NCBI GenBank assembly: GCA_963758915.1
Contig: CAVWXH010000009.1
Span: 224,001 to 288,000 of the forward strand
DNA length: 64,000 nt
Direction of reading: 5' to 3'
Source: an uncultured Methanomicrobiales archaeon
GTDB taxonomy: Archaea > Halobacteriota > Methanomicrobia > Methanomicrobiales > Methanospirillaceae
Shown: positions 32,409 to 42,915 of the stretch, piece by piece
Position numbering within the stretch: the first letter of the stretch is position 1
How the letters are laid out: every line of letters begins with the position of its first letter
Notes under the pieces: generated by a model
What the model was told of the DNA's origin: nothing
The model's input: only the letters and a program-made list of their open reading frames with translations
The model's database searches: none
Translations under genes and position numbers: made by a program

Positions 32409-33279
32409 TTAATCAATACCCTGCAGGACTAGCCCAAGGGGTGTAACGAACTCCTTCAATTCCCGGAATACCTGGGAGATAGCAACAATTCCCGGCCTGT
32501 AACCGGAGGATATTGCAGTTATGTAAATCTCCTCCGGACCTGGGGGGATCAACCGGTTCCGCACCGATACCGAAGTAAGAACATTAGCACCGGCAATAGT
32601 CCGTTCCCTGTGAATGGCGCCGGTAATTGCAACAAGTTTTTCATACCACCCTTCGCACGGTTCATCATTGAAACTGATTCCTGCAGTTAACGACACAATA
32701 ACCCCACGATTATCGCCGGCAATGCCAGGAAGTTTCTCCGATCTCCCGGTTTTCAATTTGTTCCCCTGGCAGGTGTTATAATCTTTAGTACAGTGTGCAC
32801 ATTCCGGAGGGACTGAATTCTTTTCCATCCATTGAGCCCGGATCTTCTTTTCCTGGCCCATTTTTAGTTTGTATCTCCGGGAAAACAGAAAGGCCATTGA
32901 TGACCTGGTCGACAGAGGGGTCCGCCATCAGTGCATTTGGAGCCGGAAGGTCACCGAACACGATACAGGGGATTTCTACTGATTTGAAACCCTCAATAAT
33001 TACGAAGTCCATGCCAAGGTCTGCCAGGCGACCAAGTGCGTGAAACAGGTCAGGGTCCCGGAGAAGGATGACAGATTTTTCGCTATCAATACCTTCGGAA
33101 ATATTCACACCGGATTCAAAGAACAGCGTGGTATCCTTTCCTTCCGGAAGAGCGTAGGTATGGTGCCCGAGGTGCTTGATGGTCGCAACAGTCCCCATTT
33201 TTCGCAATTCAACAACCAGCCGGGTAATGAATGTTGTTTTACCCGAACCAGAATGTCCGACAATATGAAGCACTTTCAA
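32409..33279 (-). CDS. mobB: MobB (molybdopterin-guanine dinucleotide biosynthesis) with a possibly degenerate MoaE-like C-terminal extension; indel near 32860
   Basis: IVGHSGSGKTT, ATIKH, GKDT and IIEGFK motifs; C-terminal part lies in ORF 32409-32897 and is only weakly MoaE-like. Confidence 0.7.
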
Positions 33280-33573
33280 CAGGGATCCGCTCCTACCATA
33301 TTCTTTACTAATAATACATTTGAAGAGTAAAAAACCCACATGACGCAAACAGGGTAGAATCAATTACCCGCCTTCTGGAATTGCGAAATAATAGTGAAAT
33401 TATGGTAGCCTGACATCCGGTATCTACGAATTGTTGTCCTGAAGGCACCGTGTATTGCCTTACCAACTGATACCTCAACTGATACTCCAATTGGTATACA
33501 ACTGGTTTACATTTTCATAATGTTAAATGAAAACATTCATATCACGTCATCGGTAAGTTTTACTGATCGTACT

Positions 33574-35545
33574 ATGACCAAAAATTCACACTATGTACTC
33601 ATCGTTGCACTGATGGTGTTGCTCGTAGCCGGTGCAGGCTTTGCCGGTTGTACCGGTACTACTCCCCAGCAGACAACCCCTGTTGCAACCGTGACCACCA
33701 CCCAGCCGGTAAGCACACCTGCCGCCACGCCGGTAACCGTGGTCGCCACACCCGTAAAACCAGCAGGTACTCCACAGACCCTGCTGGTCGCCACAACAAC
33801 AAGCCTGTATGATACAGGGCTCCTCGACTATCTCCAGCCGATGTTTGAAAAGCAGTACCGGAACGAAGCTGAAGATCACTTCGCAGGGGACCGGAAAAGC
33901 CATTGAACTTGCAAAACGTGGCGATGCTGACATCCTTCTCGTCCATGACCCGGCAAGCGAAATGGCATTCATGGAGAACGGTACCGGGTTGAACCGCCGG
34001 AGCTTTGCCGACAATTACTTCCAGATAGTCGGACCTGCCAGTGATCCCGCCGGTATCAAGGGCATGACTCCTGAAGATGCATTCAAGAAGATCATGGCTG
34101 AGGGCAAGAAGGGGACACCGGGAGTTGCGTTCATCTCAAGAGGTGACGGTTCCGGAACTCATTCCGCCGAAAAGAGGATCTGGTCAAATGCGAAGTACAA
34201 CTACGCAAAGGACGTCCAGAACTCAGGGAAATGGTATGTAGAGGCTGGAAAGGGCATGGGAGAGACGCTCCAGATGGCCAGCGAGAAAGGGGCCTATACC
34301 CTCACCGATGAAGGGACCTACCTTGCCTACAAGGGAAAACTCAACCTTGAACCGGTTGTCGCATCGGGAGATTCCCTCTTAAATGTCTACAGCGTCATGT
34401 CGGTATACAACGCAAAACAGCCTGTTGAAAAGATCAAGGCGTCTAACGACTTCGTCAATTTCCTGATTGCACCTGATACCCAGGCAGCAATTGCAGCCTA
34501 TGGGAAAGACAAGTACGGCAAGGGCCTCTTTACACCGATGTCCGCAGGAGTGCCAAAAGGCATACCCGCAGGTATCCCGGTTGATTATACAACACCTGCC
34601 GTTGCGACAAAACCACTGATCGTCTTCAATGCAGGAAGCCTCACAAACTCGTTCACCAAACTTGCAGTTGTCTATGTGAAGGCGCACCCTGACACCGATG
34701 TCCTGATCTATTCCGGCGCGAGCAGCGCCATGATCGACAAGATCACAAAGAACGGGGAGAAGGCAGACATCCTTGCCAGCGCTGACGGCGTACTGATTGA
34801 AAAACAGATGTTCCCGAAATATGCGGATTACTATGTCAAGTTTGCAAAGAACTCAATGGTCCTGATGTATACGAACAAGAGTGATTATGCAGGTGAGATC
34901 ACTTCAGACAACTGGTACAAGATTCTCGGGGCTGACGGAGTTACACTTGTTACCAGCGACCCGAATACAGATCCCGGCGGATACCGTGCATACCAGACCA
35001 TTAAGCTTTCAGAGCGGTATTATGGTCTTGATAACATCTTCAGCACTATCGTAGGATCACACAGCAAGATCACATCATCGGCTGTAGATGGGGCATATGT
35101 AATCGACGTAACAAATCCTGCCCCGGATGGCAAAGGCCTGATCATTGCAGTAACCGGACCGAAACCCATTGACATTCTGAAAGCGGGGAATGCGGATTAC
35201 TACCTCGGCTACATGAACACTGCCGTGGAGAACAAGGTATCATATATCACCCTGCCTCCAGAGATGGACCTGTCTGACCCGAAGATGGCAGACAAGTATG
35301 CCACGGTGAAGGTAAAACGGAACCTCGGCACTGGCACAACCACTGAAGCGGGAATACCGATTGAGTACGGTATTACGGTCCCAACCGTTGCAGTCAACCC
35401 ATCTGCCGGTATCCAGTGGATCCAGTTGCTCCTCGATAGTGAAGGCAAGGCAATCCTGAATGGAAACGGCCTGCCACCCATTGTCCCACCAAAAGGAATT
35501 GGAGCAGTCCCGTCATCCCTCATGCCACCCGTGGTAAAGAGCTGA
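33574..35545 (+). CDS. tupA: TupA-WtpA/ModA tandem fusion oxyanion-binding lipoprotein; indel near 33860
   Basis: AGC lipobox and Thr/Pro linker. TupA motifs ATTTSLYDTGLL and SRGDGSGTH. Second domain has NAGSL, DILASAD and DPNTDPGGYRA. Confidence 0.85.
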
Positions 35546-35749
35546 TAGGGCAATCTTTTTTTTTTATTTCGTATGCTCCTCGCGCGCGACTGATCAGGTA
35601 CCCTGAAATGGCATTTCCGATTCGTATACAGGAGAACGACCAGGGGGTCCCCTGCAAGGCCCGGGTAATGATGCTAGGTATAATATGGCTTAAAAAGGAA
35701 CCTCTTAAACAGGAAAATAACTCTTCCGAACCTGGAGGTGAAGTGACCC

Positions 35750-36844
35750 ATGGAAATATCTGAACCTGTCATTGGAATGTCGGAAACTGGCTCGTCTTGT
35801 GAAATAACGAACGGCTCCAGTTTTTGCGTAACGCTGAAGCCGGGAGGGCTGACTGAAAAAATTGTCAACCGGTCTCCCAAACACTACCTTAGTGCGGTTG
35901 TTGACGCATCTGTTGCCTGGGTCGACTTTACCACGAAGGAACTGGAAGTTGAGATAGAGATTATCGGCCCTGCAATGGGGTTCCAGAAAATTGACTACCA
36001 GAAAATTTTTTCAGGTTTTTATTCCTCGTACGAGGACTACGATGACGAGCTCGGAATTATGCTCCCGGCAGTCGCCATGACCGACGATGACATTCTGGTG
36101 CGCCCGATTATCATCCTTATCCGAGGGAATACAATCGTCACCGTGCATAACGAGGACATCAACCGGCTCCTTCAGTTCTCCCGTTATGCCCAGCCTTTCC
36201 TGAAAAAACTGAATGCGGACAATACGCCGGATAGTATCACGCTTGTGCTTGAACGGATTATTGATGAAAACAATGACCGTAATTTTGAATTCCTCCGTGG
36301 GATTGAGGCACACGGGGACAGCATCAGTAAGGCATTAATCGAGGAAAAGATGGGCAGGCAAAAGATTGCCCGTGATATCTATAATATGAAGCATATCCTG
36401 ATCGATTACCTGAATGTCCTCTGGGCAACGAAGGACGTGACAGAATCGCTCCGTTATGGGGATTCGGACCTCATCACCGACGACGAACACCTCCTTGGGA
36501 GGATTGGGATACTGTCGAATAACATCGACCGTCACATCGAACTGTCCGAGCAGATGTCAACAGTGCTCGCATCCGGCCTTGAAGTGATGCAGAGTATCTA
36601 CAATAACCAGTTGCAGAGCCTGAACAACCGGTTTGCCCTGGTAACAGCCTACCTGACGGTGCTCGGCACGGCATTCCTTGTCCCGAATACTATCGCGACT
36701 ATTGCCGGCAGCGGGGTGATGGAAGGTACGATGGCGGCGCAGTGGTGGTATATACCACTGCTTGTTCTCTCAACAATCGTGGCAACACTGGCTTCGTTCC
36801 TCTGGGTGCTCTATGTCTGGAAACGCCGGAAAGACGATGTATAA
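35750..36844 (+). CDS. CorA-family divalent cation transporter
   Basis: Large soluble domain followed by QSIYNNQLQSLNNR and two C-terminal TM helices; the canonical GMN motif is not seen. Confidence 0.75.
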   Translation: MEISEPVIGMSETGSSCEITNGSSFCVTLKPGGLTEKIVNRSPKHYLSAVVDASVAWVDFTTKELEVEIEIIGPAMGFQKIDYQKIFSGFYSSYEDYDDELGIMLPAVAMTDDDILVRPIIILIRGNTIVTVHNEDINRLLQFSRYAQPFLKKLNADNTPDSITLVLERIIDENNDRNFEFLRGIEAHGDSISKALIEEKMGRQKIARDIYNMKHILIDYLNVLWATKDVTESLRYGDSDLITDDEHLLGRIGILSNNIDRHIELSEQMSTVLASGLEVMQSIYNNQLQSLNNRFALVTAYLTVLGTAFLVPNTIATIAGSGVMEGTMAAQWWYIPLLVLSTIVATLASFLWVLYVWKRRKDDV

Positions 36845-36905
36845 AGATTTGAGAGACTTTTCGTGAGGGGGGGAAAGTTTGTTTCCCATCCACAATTTTA
36901 ATATT

Positions 36906-37136
36906 TTAAGTAGTTTGGGATTTTCCTATTTTAGTTGCCACTTTTTCCCGTAGGTGCGGGTGGAGGTCCGGAAACCGGTAGAGCATTTGCAATGCGGTAA
37001 CCGCCTCTTCATTTCCTTTCTTCGCATAGTCACCGAGGAAGTCAACGGCCTCGCGCTGGACGTCATTAATCATTGGCGCATCGGTAGTCTTCGCAATAAT
37101 GTAGAGGTTGAATACGTTTTCATCCTTGAAGATCAC
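36906..37136 (-). CDS. Small hypothetical protein (76 aa)
   Basis: Compact ORF with normal composition and a GGTGA SD-like sequence upstream. Confidence 0.5.
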   Translation of the reverse strand: MIFKDENVFNLYIIAKTTDAPMINDVQREAVDFLGDYAKKGNEEAVTALQMLYRFPDLHPHLREKVATKIGKSQTT

Positions 37137-37301
37137 GGTGGATCACCAGACCATGATTATATATTATATATTAATATAATACTTATGTTAGCTATTACTA
37201 GTTTACAGAAAAAGCATCACTGCAATACCCGTATATTTCCAAGTTTAAATAGTAAACAATAAGGTAATGTAAAACGGGTTTTAAAAAAACACGGATACAC
37301 C

Positions 37302-38441
37302 ATGCAGGAACAGCAGGCACCCGGAATACAATTCAACCTGTCTGAATTAGCGGGTGCGTTCGGGGACTTCGGGATAATAGTCCCCCTGATGTTTGCGGTT
37401 GCAGTGGTCTGTAAGCTTAACCTCGGTATCATTCTTCTTTTCTTTGGGATCTGGTTTGTCGTTACAGGAGTTTTCTACCGGTTGCCGGTTCCGGTTGAAC
37501 CAATGAAGGTGATTGCAGTTGTTGCGATATCCGGGGCTCTTGCGGGACCTGAACTTGCCGCAGCAGGAATCCTACTTGGGGTCCTCTTCTTTTTCCTCGG
37601 ATTCGGCCGGTGGATGCAGGTTATTGAGCGCTATGTACCACCTGCAGTTATCAGGGGCATTCAGCTAGGTCTTGCACTCCTACTCCTTAAGGCAGCAGGG
37701 GACTTTTTACTTAAAGACCCCGGTTTCTTTGTATTTGGTGTGGGTGTCATACTTCTTGTTTTCGTTATCTCGTACGTGCGGAAATTTCCAGACCTTTCCG
37801 CACTCATCCTTATGATTATCGCAGGAGCAATGGGGGTGTTTCTTTACGGGGTGCCAGAGATATACCTGATCGGGATGCCTACCCTAATGATCCCGGGTAT
37901 ATCGGATTTTATCAGTTCAATCCCAGAACTCGTGCTTCCGCAGGCGCTGATTACTATCACGAATGCCATCCTTGCGACCTCCCTTCTTTCAAAAGACCTG
38001 TTCGACCGCGAAATCCCCCCTGAGAAACTTTCAAGGACAATCGGGGTCATGAATATCATTTCAGCCCCTTTTGGAGGGTTCCCGATGTGCCATGGTGCAG
38101 GTGGCATGGCCGCACAGTACCGCTTTGGAGCGAGGACTGGCGGTTCGAATATTTTTGCCGGAATCATCCTTCTTATCATCGCAATATTTTTTGCAGGGCC
38201 TGGATTTCAGCAGCTGATTTCACCCGGAATATATGGAGCCCTGCTCCTCTTTGTCGCTATCGAGATGGGAAAGCACGGGTTAAAAACAGACTCCCTGCCA
38301 GTCACCATCGTTACCGGCGTCCTTGCATTACTCTCTGTCGTAGGTGGATTCATTGCCGGGATGGTCCTCGCGTACCTGATGAAATGGAACGGGGAGAGAA
38401 AACAAAAGGGGAAAGATATCACACCACCCCAGACCCCATAA
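37302..38441 (+). CDS. MOT1-family putative molybdate/sulfate transporter
   Basis: ELAGAFGDFG, P.PVEPMK and FGGFPMCHGAGGMAAQYRFGARTG motifs. Confidence 0.88.
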   Translation: MQEQQAPGIQFNLSELAGAFGDFGIIVPLMFAVAVVCKLNLGIILLFFGIWFVVTGVFYRLPVPVEPMKVIAVVAISGALAGPELAAAGILLGVLFFFLGFGRWMQVIERYVPPAVIRGIQLGLALLLLKAAGDFLLKDPGFFVFGVGVILLVFVISYVRKFPDLSALILMIIAGAMGVFLYGVPEIYLIGMPTLMIPGISDFISSIPELVLPQALITITNAILATSLLSKDLFDREIPPEKLSRTIGVMNIISAPFGGFPMCHGAGGMAAQYRFGARTGGSNIFAGIILLIIAIFFAGPGFQQLISPGIYGALLLFVAIEMGKHGLKTDSLPVTIVTGVLALLSVVGGFIAGMVLAYLMKWNGERKQKGKDITPPQTP

Positions 38442-38510
38442 CAAAAACTGTTCGCTTAACATTTTTATCTGGTTAAGTAGTAGTATAGAGGAAGAACCGG
38501 ACGTGACCAT

Positions 38511-39386
38511 ATGGATAATGAACGACCAATCCAATCATCCAGTGACCAGTGTTTTGATACTATCGACTGGATTAACGTCTGGAAGGAGAGGAAACTCCGG
38601 CAGCTCGCAACACCGCACTACCAGAATAGTATCGATTTCTGGTCTGACGAAGAGAATGTCAGGCGCCTGTATCTCTACGACAAGAAAGGGAGAGCAACGC
38701 TTGTCATGGAGCAACTGGGTGGCATAAAGATCTACCCGGGTGCAAAGGTCCTTGATATCGGTGCCGGGCCGGGCACTCTTGCAGTACCTCTCGCTCGAAG
38801 GGGCTGTAAGGTCACCGTAGTTGAGCCTTCACCGATGATGGTGTCCGCACTCAGAGAGTACCAGGCTTCAGAGCAGGTGGAGGATATCCGCATTATTGAG
38901 AAGAGATGGGAAGATGTGACGATCGAAGAGCTGGGGGGGCCGTTTGATATTGTCATTGCATCATATTCGCTCTCGATGGTGGACATTGGAGAGGCAGTCC
39001 GGAAAATGGATACCGTCTGTTCAGGTACGGTCTACCTGTTCTGGTTCTTAAAGCCGTCACCATCTTCGGAGATCCTCCATCATCTCTGGCCAAAAGTCCA
39101 TGGAGTCCCATACTATTACGAGCCGAAGGCGGACTGTCTTTTTATGGCCCTTCTCCAGATGGGGATTTATCCGAATTTTGAAGTCTTGAAATCTGATCAC
39201 AGGCACCGCTATCCCACGATTGGGGACGCAACTGCAGATTTTCACCGGCGCATGGACTGCACTGACGAACACCAGGACAAAATTATCCGGGATTATCTCC
39301 GCACAAAGTTATCCATGATCGGGACAGAGTTCCAGCTCAGGGGTTCATCCTACGGGGCAAAAATCTGGTGGACAAAGGACCATTAA
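38511..39386 (+). CDS. Class I SAM-dependent methyltransferase
   Basis: VLDIGAGPGTLA, VEPSPMM and FDIVIASYSL motifs. Confidence 0.85.
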   Translation: MDNERPIQSSSDQCFDTIDWINVWKERKLRQLATPHYQNSIDFWSDEENVRRLYLYDKKGRATLVMEQLGGIKIYPGAKVLDIGAGPGTLAVPLARRGCKVTVVEPSPMMVSALREYQASEQVEDIRIIEKRWEDVTIEELGGPFDIVIASYSLSMVDIGEAVRKMDTVCSGTVYLFWFLKPSPSSEILHHLWPKVHGVPYYYEPKADCLFMALLQMGIYPNFEVLKSDHRHRYPTIGDATADFHRRMDCTDEHQDKIIRDYLRTKLSMIGTEFQLRGSSYGAKIWWTKDH

Positions 39387-39534
39387 TCACCGGGGATCCC
39401 TGGATCCAGGTCAGGAGACGGGAACGATCTTTCAATAGGAATTCCACACGTGAAACCCAACTTTCAGGTGGCTAAAAACCCACCGAATCATCTCATCCAG
39501 GGTTGGAATTATATGTAACACGTGATTTTTCTGT

Positions 39535-40038
39535 ATGACCATGAAACAAACTGTGAAACCAGAATCACTCACTATTATCGGCACAATCAGTTCACCATGG
39601 AAATCAGCTGAAGGTATGCCTATTCAACCCACAGGAGCGATGGGCGTTAAGGGACGTATTGATATCTACGAGGAATACCGCCCAGGGCTCTTGGACCTTG
39701 CAGGGTTCTCACGCATCATTCTGATCTACCTGTTCCACCAGTCAACCGGGTACGACCTGACGGTAACCCCGTTTCTTGATACCAGGCTCCACGGGGTATT
39801 TGCAACACGGGCTCCGAGACGTCCCAGCCAGATCGGGTTATCCGTGGTCAGGCTGCTCAGTGTTAATGAATCCGGGGTAGAGATCGCAGACATCGACATC
39901 CTGGACGGTACTCCCATCCTGGACATAAAGCCATATATCCCGGAAATTGATTCATACCCTGGTGAAAAAACAGGCTGGCTTCAGGAAGCAGGGAGTATGG
40001 CTACGTCCCGGGCAGATCGCAGGTTTGCGGACCGTTGA
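39535..40038 (+). CDS. TsaA/TrmO-family SAM-binding protein (tRNA t6A37 N6-methyltransferase-like)
   Basis: IGTISSPW, GVFATRAPRRP and DILDGTPILDIKPY motifs. Confidence 0.88.
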   Translation: MTMKQTVKPESLTIIGTISSPWKSAEGMPIQPTGAMGVKGRIDIYEEYRPGLLDLAGFSRIILIYLFHQSTGYDLTVTPFLDTRLHGVFATRAPRRPSQIGLSVVRLLSVNESGVEIADIDILDGTPILDIKPYIPEIDSYPGEKTGWLQEAGSMATSRADRRFADR

Positions 40039-40160
40039 TAAAAAGGATGCAATTGTTCTGCCAAATCTGATGGAGACCTGTCAGGGAACCAGGGTTTCAT
40101 CTTTCGGTATAGTTGTTCGGAACCTTCCTAAACGTAATCAAAATGTAACAATTCCTTTGT

Positions 40161-40322
40161 AAAAGGTTATGCCGGAAAAATCCATGCGGATTTCTCCCGG
40201 AAACCTATGAAGAGCTGGAGCGGGGATTACGATGATCGCTTTGGCCCTGGCTGTAGTGTCTGCCGGACCATAGGGATACAGATTAGATTACCCTGTGCCG
40301 CAAAAACCCCCAATGCGGCATA
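40161..40322 (-). ncRNA. Candidate multi-hairpin small RNA
   Basis: Five consecutive hairpins whose G-U pairs favour the minus strand; final long hairpin followed by TTTT; AT-rich TATA-like element about 25 nt upstream. Confidence 0.4.
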
Positions 40323-40412
40323 GTAGTGTTATGAAAGGTCCAATAAAAATATGTTGTTTTTAGATGATGTTAAATACAAATAGTTAATAGGGGTTTATAA
40401 TCCTTCAATGGA

Positions 40413-41232
40413 TTATTCAGCACGTATCACGGTCCCTACTTTTTCACCCTTCAGGAGTTTCGGAAGATTTCCCGGGACATGTCCGTTGATGATATGCACT
40501 TCCCTGACATTCCTTGCATCAGGAAGAAGACTTACGATCATGGGTTCGAGGACCATGTCATCAAGGTCCATGGCGAGGAGTTCTTTTGCAGTAATATCGG
40601 CAATGAATTCAGCATCCGGGATTTTTATGCGGGTTTTCTGAATAAAGCCCGTTCACATTCTTCAGTAAGATGCATCGTTTCGCTCCAACAACTTCAGCCG
40701 CGAGGAACGCACCAGTATCAGTCCGGTGAGGGGGAATGGCCCCGTGTTCACCCGGGTGCTCGTATAACCCGTACGGCGGGGTGCCGTGCATCACGGGTAA
40801 TGCACCCAGGAAGAGTTGTGTTGGCAGTTCGAGGAGGTCTGCGGTATGGATACGGACACCATGCCAGGGGGCCAGCAGGATCGAGACCATGATCGCGTTC
40901 TGTTCGGATATTTTTCCCGCAAGTTCGGCGAGCACCCCGGTAGGCATCCCGAGGTCAAGCCCGATATCCAGGATATGACGCGCCCTGACACCCCCGCCGG
41001 TAACAACCAGCATCTGGTTATCTTTCGAAAGCCCCCCGATCTCATTTACCAGGGGAAGGAGGACCTCCCGGCCGTAGTCTATGATGCCGTGCCCGCCAAT
41101 TTTAACGACATTCAGTTCAGGCATTAACCTGAGCCTCGGTCGATTACGGTATGCGGCAAGAAGGCTTCTTCGTGAAAGGGTCTCCCCTTCTAATTTATTG
41201 ACCAACTCAAATCTTCGGTGCACAGAAATCAA
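40413..41232 (-). CDS. Molybdenum storage protein (MosB-like, amino-acid-kinase fold); indel near 40615
   Basis: VVKIGGHGIIDYG, GGGVRARH, LGMPTGVLA and PPY...IPPHRTDTGAFL motifs; C-terminus read by hand to ..KVGTVIRAE stop at 40413. Confidence 0.8.
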
Positions 41233-41303
41233 GATATGTTTATATGCCTGAATAGTTAATAGTGTAAGTGATAAACCAGTTGGTATATCAGCAGGTGCAG
41301 AAC

Positions 41304-41516
41304 ATGTTAAAAATATATGTACGGGAACGCCAGAAGGTTGGCGAAGGTGTAAAGCAGCCTAAATACCGGATTGTCGCGGTTACAGGCGGACAACTACAGA
41401 TAGAGGCGACCCACTTCCGAAAGGTCGAGATCGAGCAGATTGCGAAGGATATGGGGGCCCAGGTCGTTTACATGGAACCGGTACCCGAAGAAGAGAAGCA
41501 CAAATTCCAACACTAA
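41304..41516 (+). CDS. Small hypothetical protein (70 aa)
   Basis: MLKIYVRER...HFRKVEIEQIAKDMGAQVVYM; AGGTG SD-like sequence upstream; divergent from the mos gene. Confidence 0.6.
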   Translation: MLKIYVRERQKVGEGVKQPKYRIVAVTGGQLQIEATHFRKVEIEQIAKDMGAQVVYMEPVPEEEKHKFQH

Positions 41517-41687
41517 TAATCTTTTTTTCATCACCGGTACGGCAAATGGCGCAGAACAGTGCCTGGTGAAGTACTGGTATAATCCATCGCCCGGCACCTC
41601 TCGACCATTGCGTCATGGAGGTTCATGAGTCGCATCCGGGTATGCAAGTCTTAATGGCAGTTAATCAGAATATATAATCACACTATC

Positions 41688-42050
41688 ATGGCACAGGCGC
41701 TTTCTATCGATATCCTTTTTGACGCGGCCATTCGGATACAGGTCCTGCAAGACCGGAATATTTCGGTCTCGTTCTCGGAACGACAAATCCAGGTAAAGTT
41801 TCCGACAACGCGGAGACTGGCAGAGTTTCTTGATGTGCCACATTACTATGTCTTACCATATTTTGCCATGATGGAACAGGAAGAGCTGGTCACACGGGCA
41901 GAACGGGTAGGTATTCTCACTACCATGAAAGGGACAAAAATTCTCGTGGGTTTGATGAAAACACATTACCGGCCGGAAGCAGAGAAAATCCTCGGACCTG
42001 AATTGTTCAATGATATTATCAGTGCAATATCCCGCTACGGGGATCCATAG
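41688..42050 (+). CDS. GntR-like winged-helix protein
   Basis: FPTTRRLAEFLDVPHYYV...MEQEELV.R..RVG resembles the GntR LPS.R.LA..L.V HTH. Confidence 0.6.
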   Translation: MAQALSIDILFDAAIRIQVLQDRNISVSFSERQIQVKFPTTRRLAEFLDVPHYYVLPYFAMMEQEELVTRAERVGILTTMKGTKILVGLMKTHYRPEAEKILGPELFNDIISAISRYGDP

Positions 42051-42219
42051 ATACCCAGGCTCTGCAACGCCCAATGTCAATACAGTTTAATGTACATCAC
42101 CGGAATTTACCAGAGTATTCATTACTTTCCAGAACAAATGCCAGATAGCGGGAATTGAGTATTGTTACTATTCCGGGTAATTCTCAAACAGCAAGCCCGG
42201 ACCAGGAGGGGTATGTTGC

Positions 42220-42915
42220 ATGAACGATATTATTGAGGGTTTCGCCCAGGCAATCCAGTTGATCGTCACGCTGAACCCCGAGGTGATGGAGATTGCGATG
42301 AGGACCCTCATGATATCCCTCACCGCCACGCTCCTCGCATCACTGGTGGCCATCCCGCTCGGGTGGTGGATCCATTTTCATGAATTTTCCGGCAAGCGCG
42401 TGGTCATTAACATCATCCAGACCCTGTATGCGGTTCCCACCGTGCTTGTAGGCCTTTTTGTCTACATGCTTATCTCAAGTTCCGGCCCCCTCGGTATGCT
42501 CGGACTCCTCTTCACGCCGGCAGGTATGATATTGGCCCAGATGCTCCTTGTTATCCCGATGATGATCGGCCTTACCATTACCGCATTTTCCGGTGTCGAC
42601 CGGACCGTCGTAGACACCATCACCTCACTTGGCGCAACCGGGTACCAGTCTATGATTGCGATTATTAAGGAGGTCAGGTTTGCGGTGTTTGCAGCAATTA
42701 TCCTCGGGTTCGGACGGGCAATATCCGAAGTCGGGGCAGCAATGATGATTGGTGGCAACATCAGGGGATACACCCGGGTGCTTACGACCAGCATCGCCCT
42801 TGAGACCTCGATGGGGAACCTCCCGCTCTCAATCGCACTTGGCCTGATCCTTCTCGCCATCGCCCTCGTTATTACGGTTATGCTAAATATCGTCCAGGAG
42901 CGGCACAAGTCATGA
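42220..42915 (+). CDS. tupB: Tungstate ABC transporter permease
   Basis: PTVLVGL, GPLG.LGLLFTP and FGRAISEVGAAMMIGGNIRGYTRVLTT motifs. Confidence 0.9.
   Translation: MNDIIEGFAQAIQLIVTLNPEVMEIAMRTLMISLTATLLASLVAIPLGWWIHFHEFSGKRVVINIIQTLYAVPTVLVGLFVYMLISSSGPLGMLGLLFTPAGMILAQMLLVIPMMIGLTITAFSGVDRTVVDTITSLGATGYQSMIAIIKEVRFAVFAAIILGFGRAISEVGAAMMIGGNIRGYTRVLTTSIALETSMGNLPLSIALGLILLAIALVITVMLNIVQERHKS

Noticed and set aside
40413-41232. Annotation as uridylate kinase (pyrH)
   Set aside because: The motifs (RARH, PPY, IPPHRTD) and the Mo/W context fit molybdenum storage proteins better.
33300-42220. Moco/Tuco riboswitch or bacterial ModE box upstream of the Mo/W genes
   Set aside because: No recognisable Moco-RNA 3' motif or CGnTATATA-N-TATATAnCG palindrome was seen by eye.
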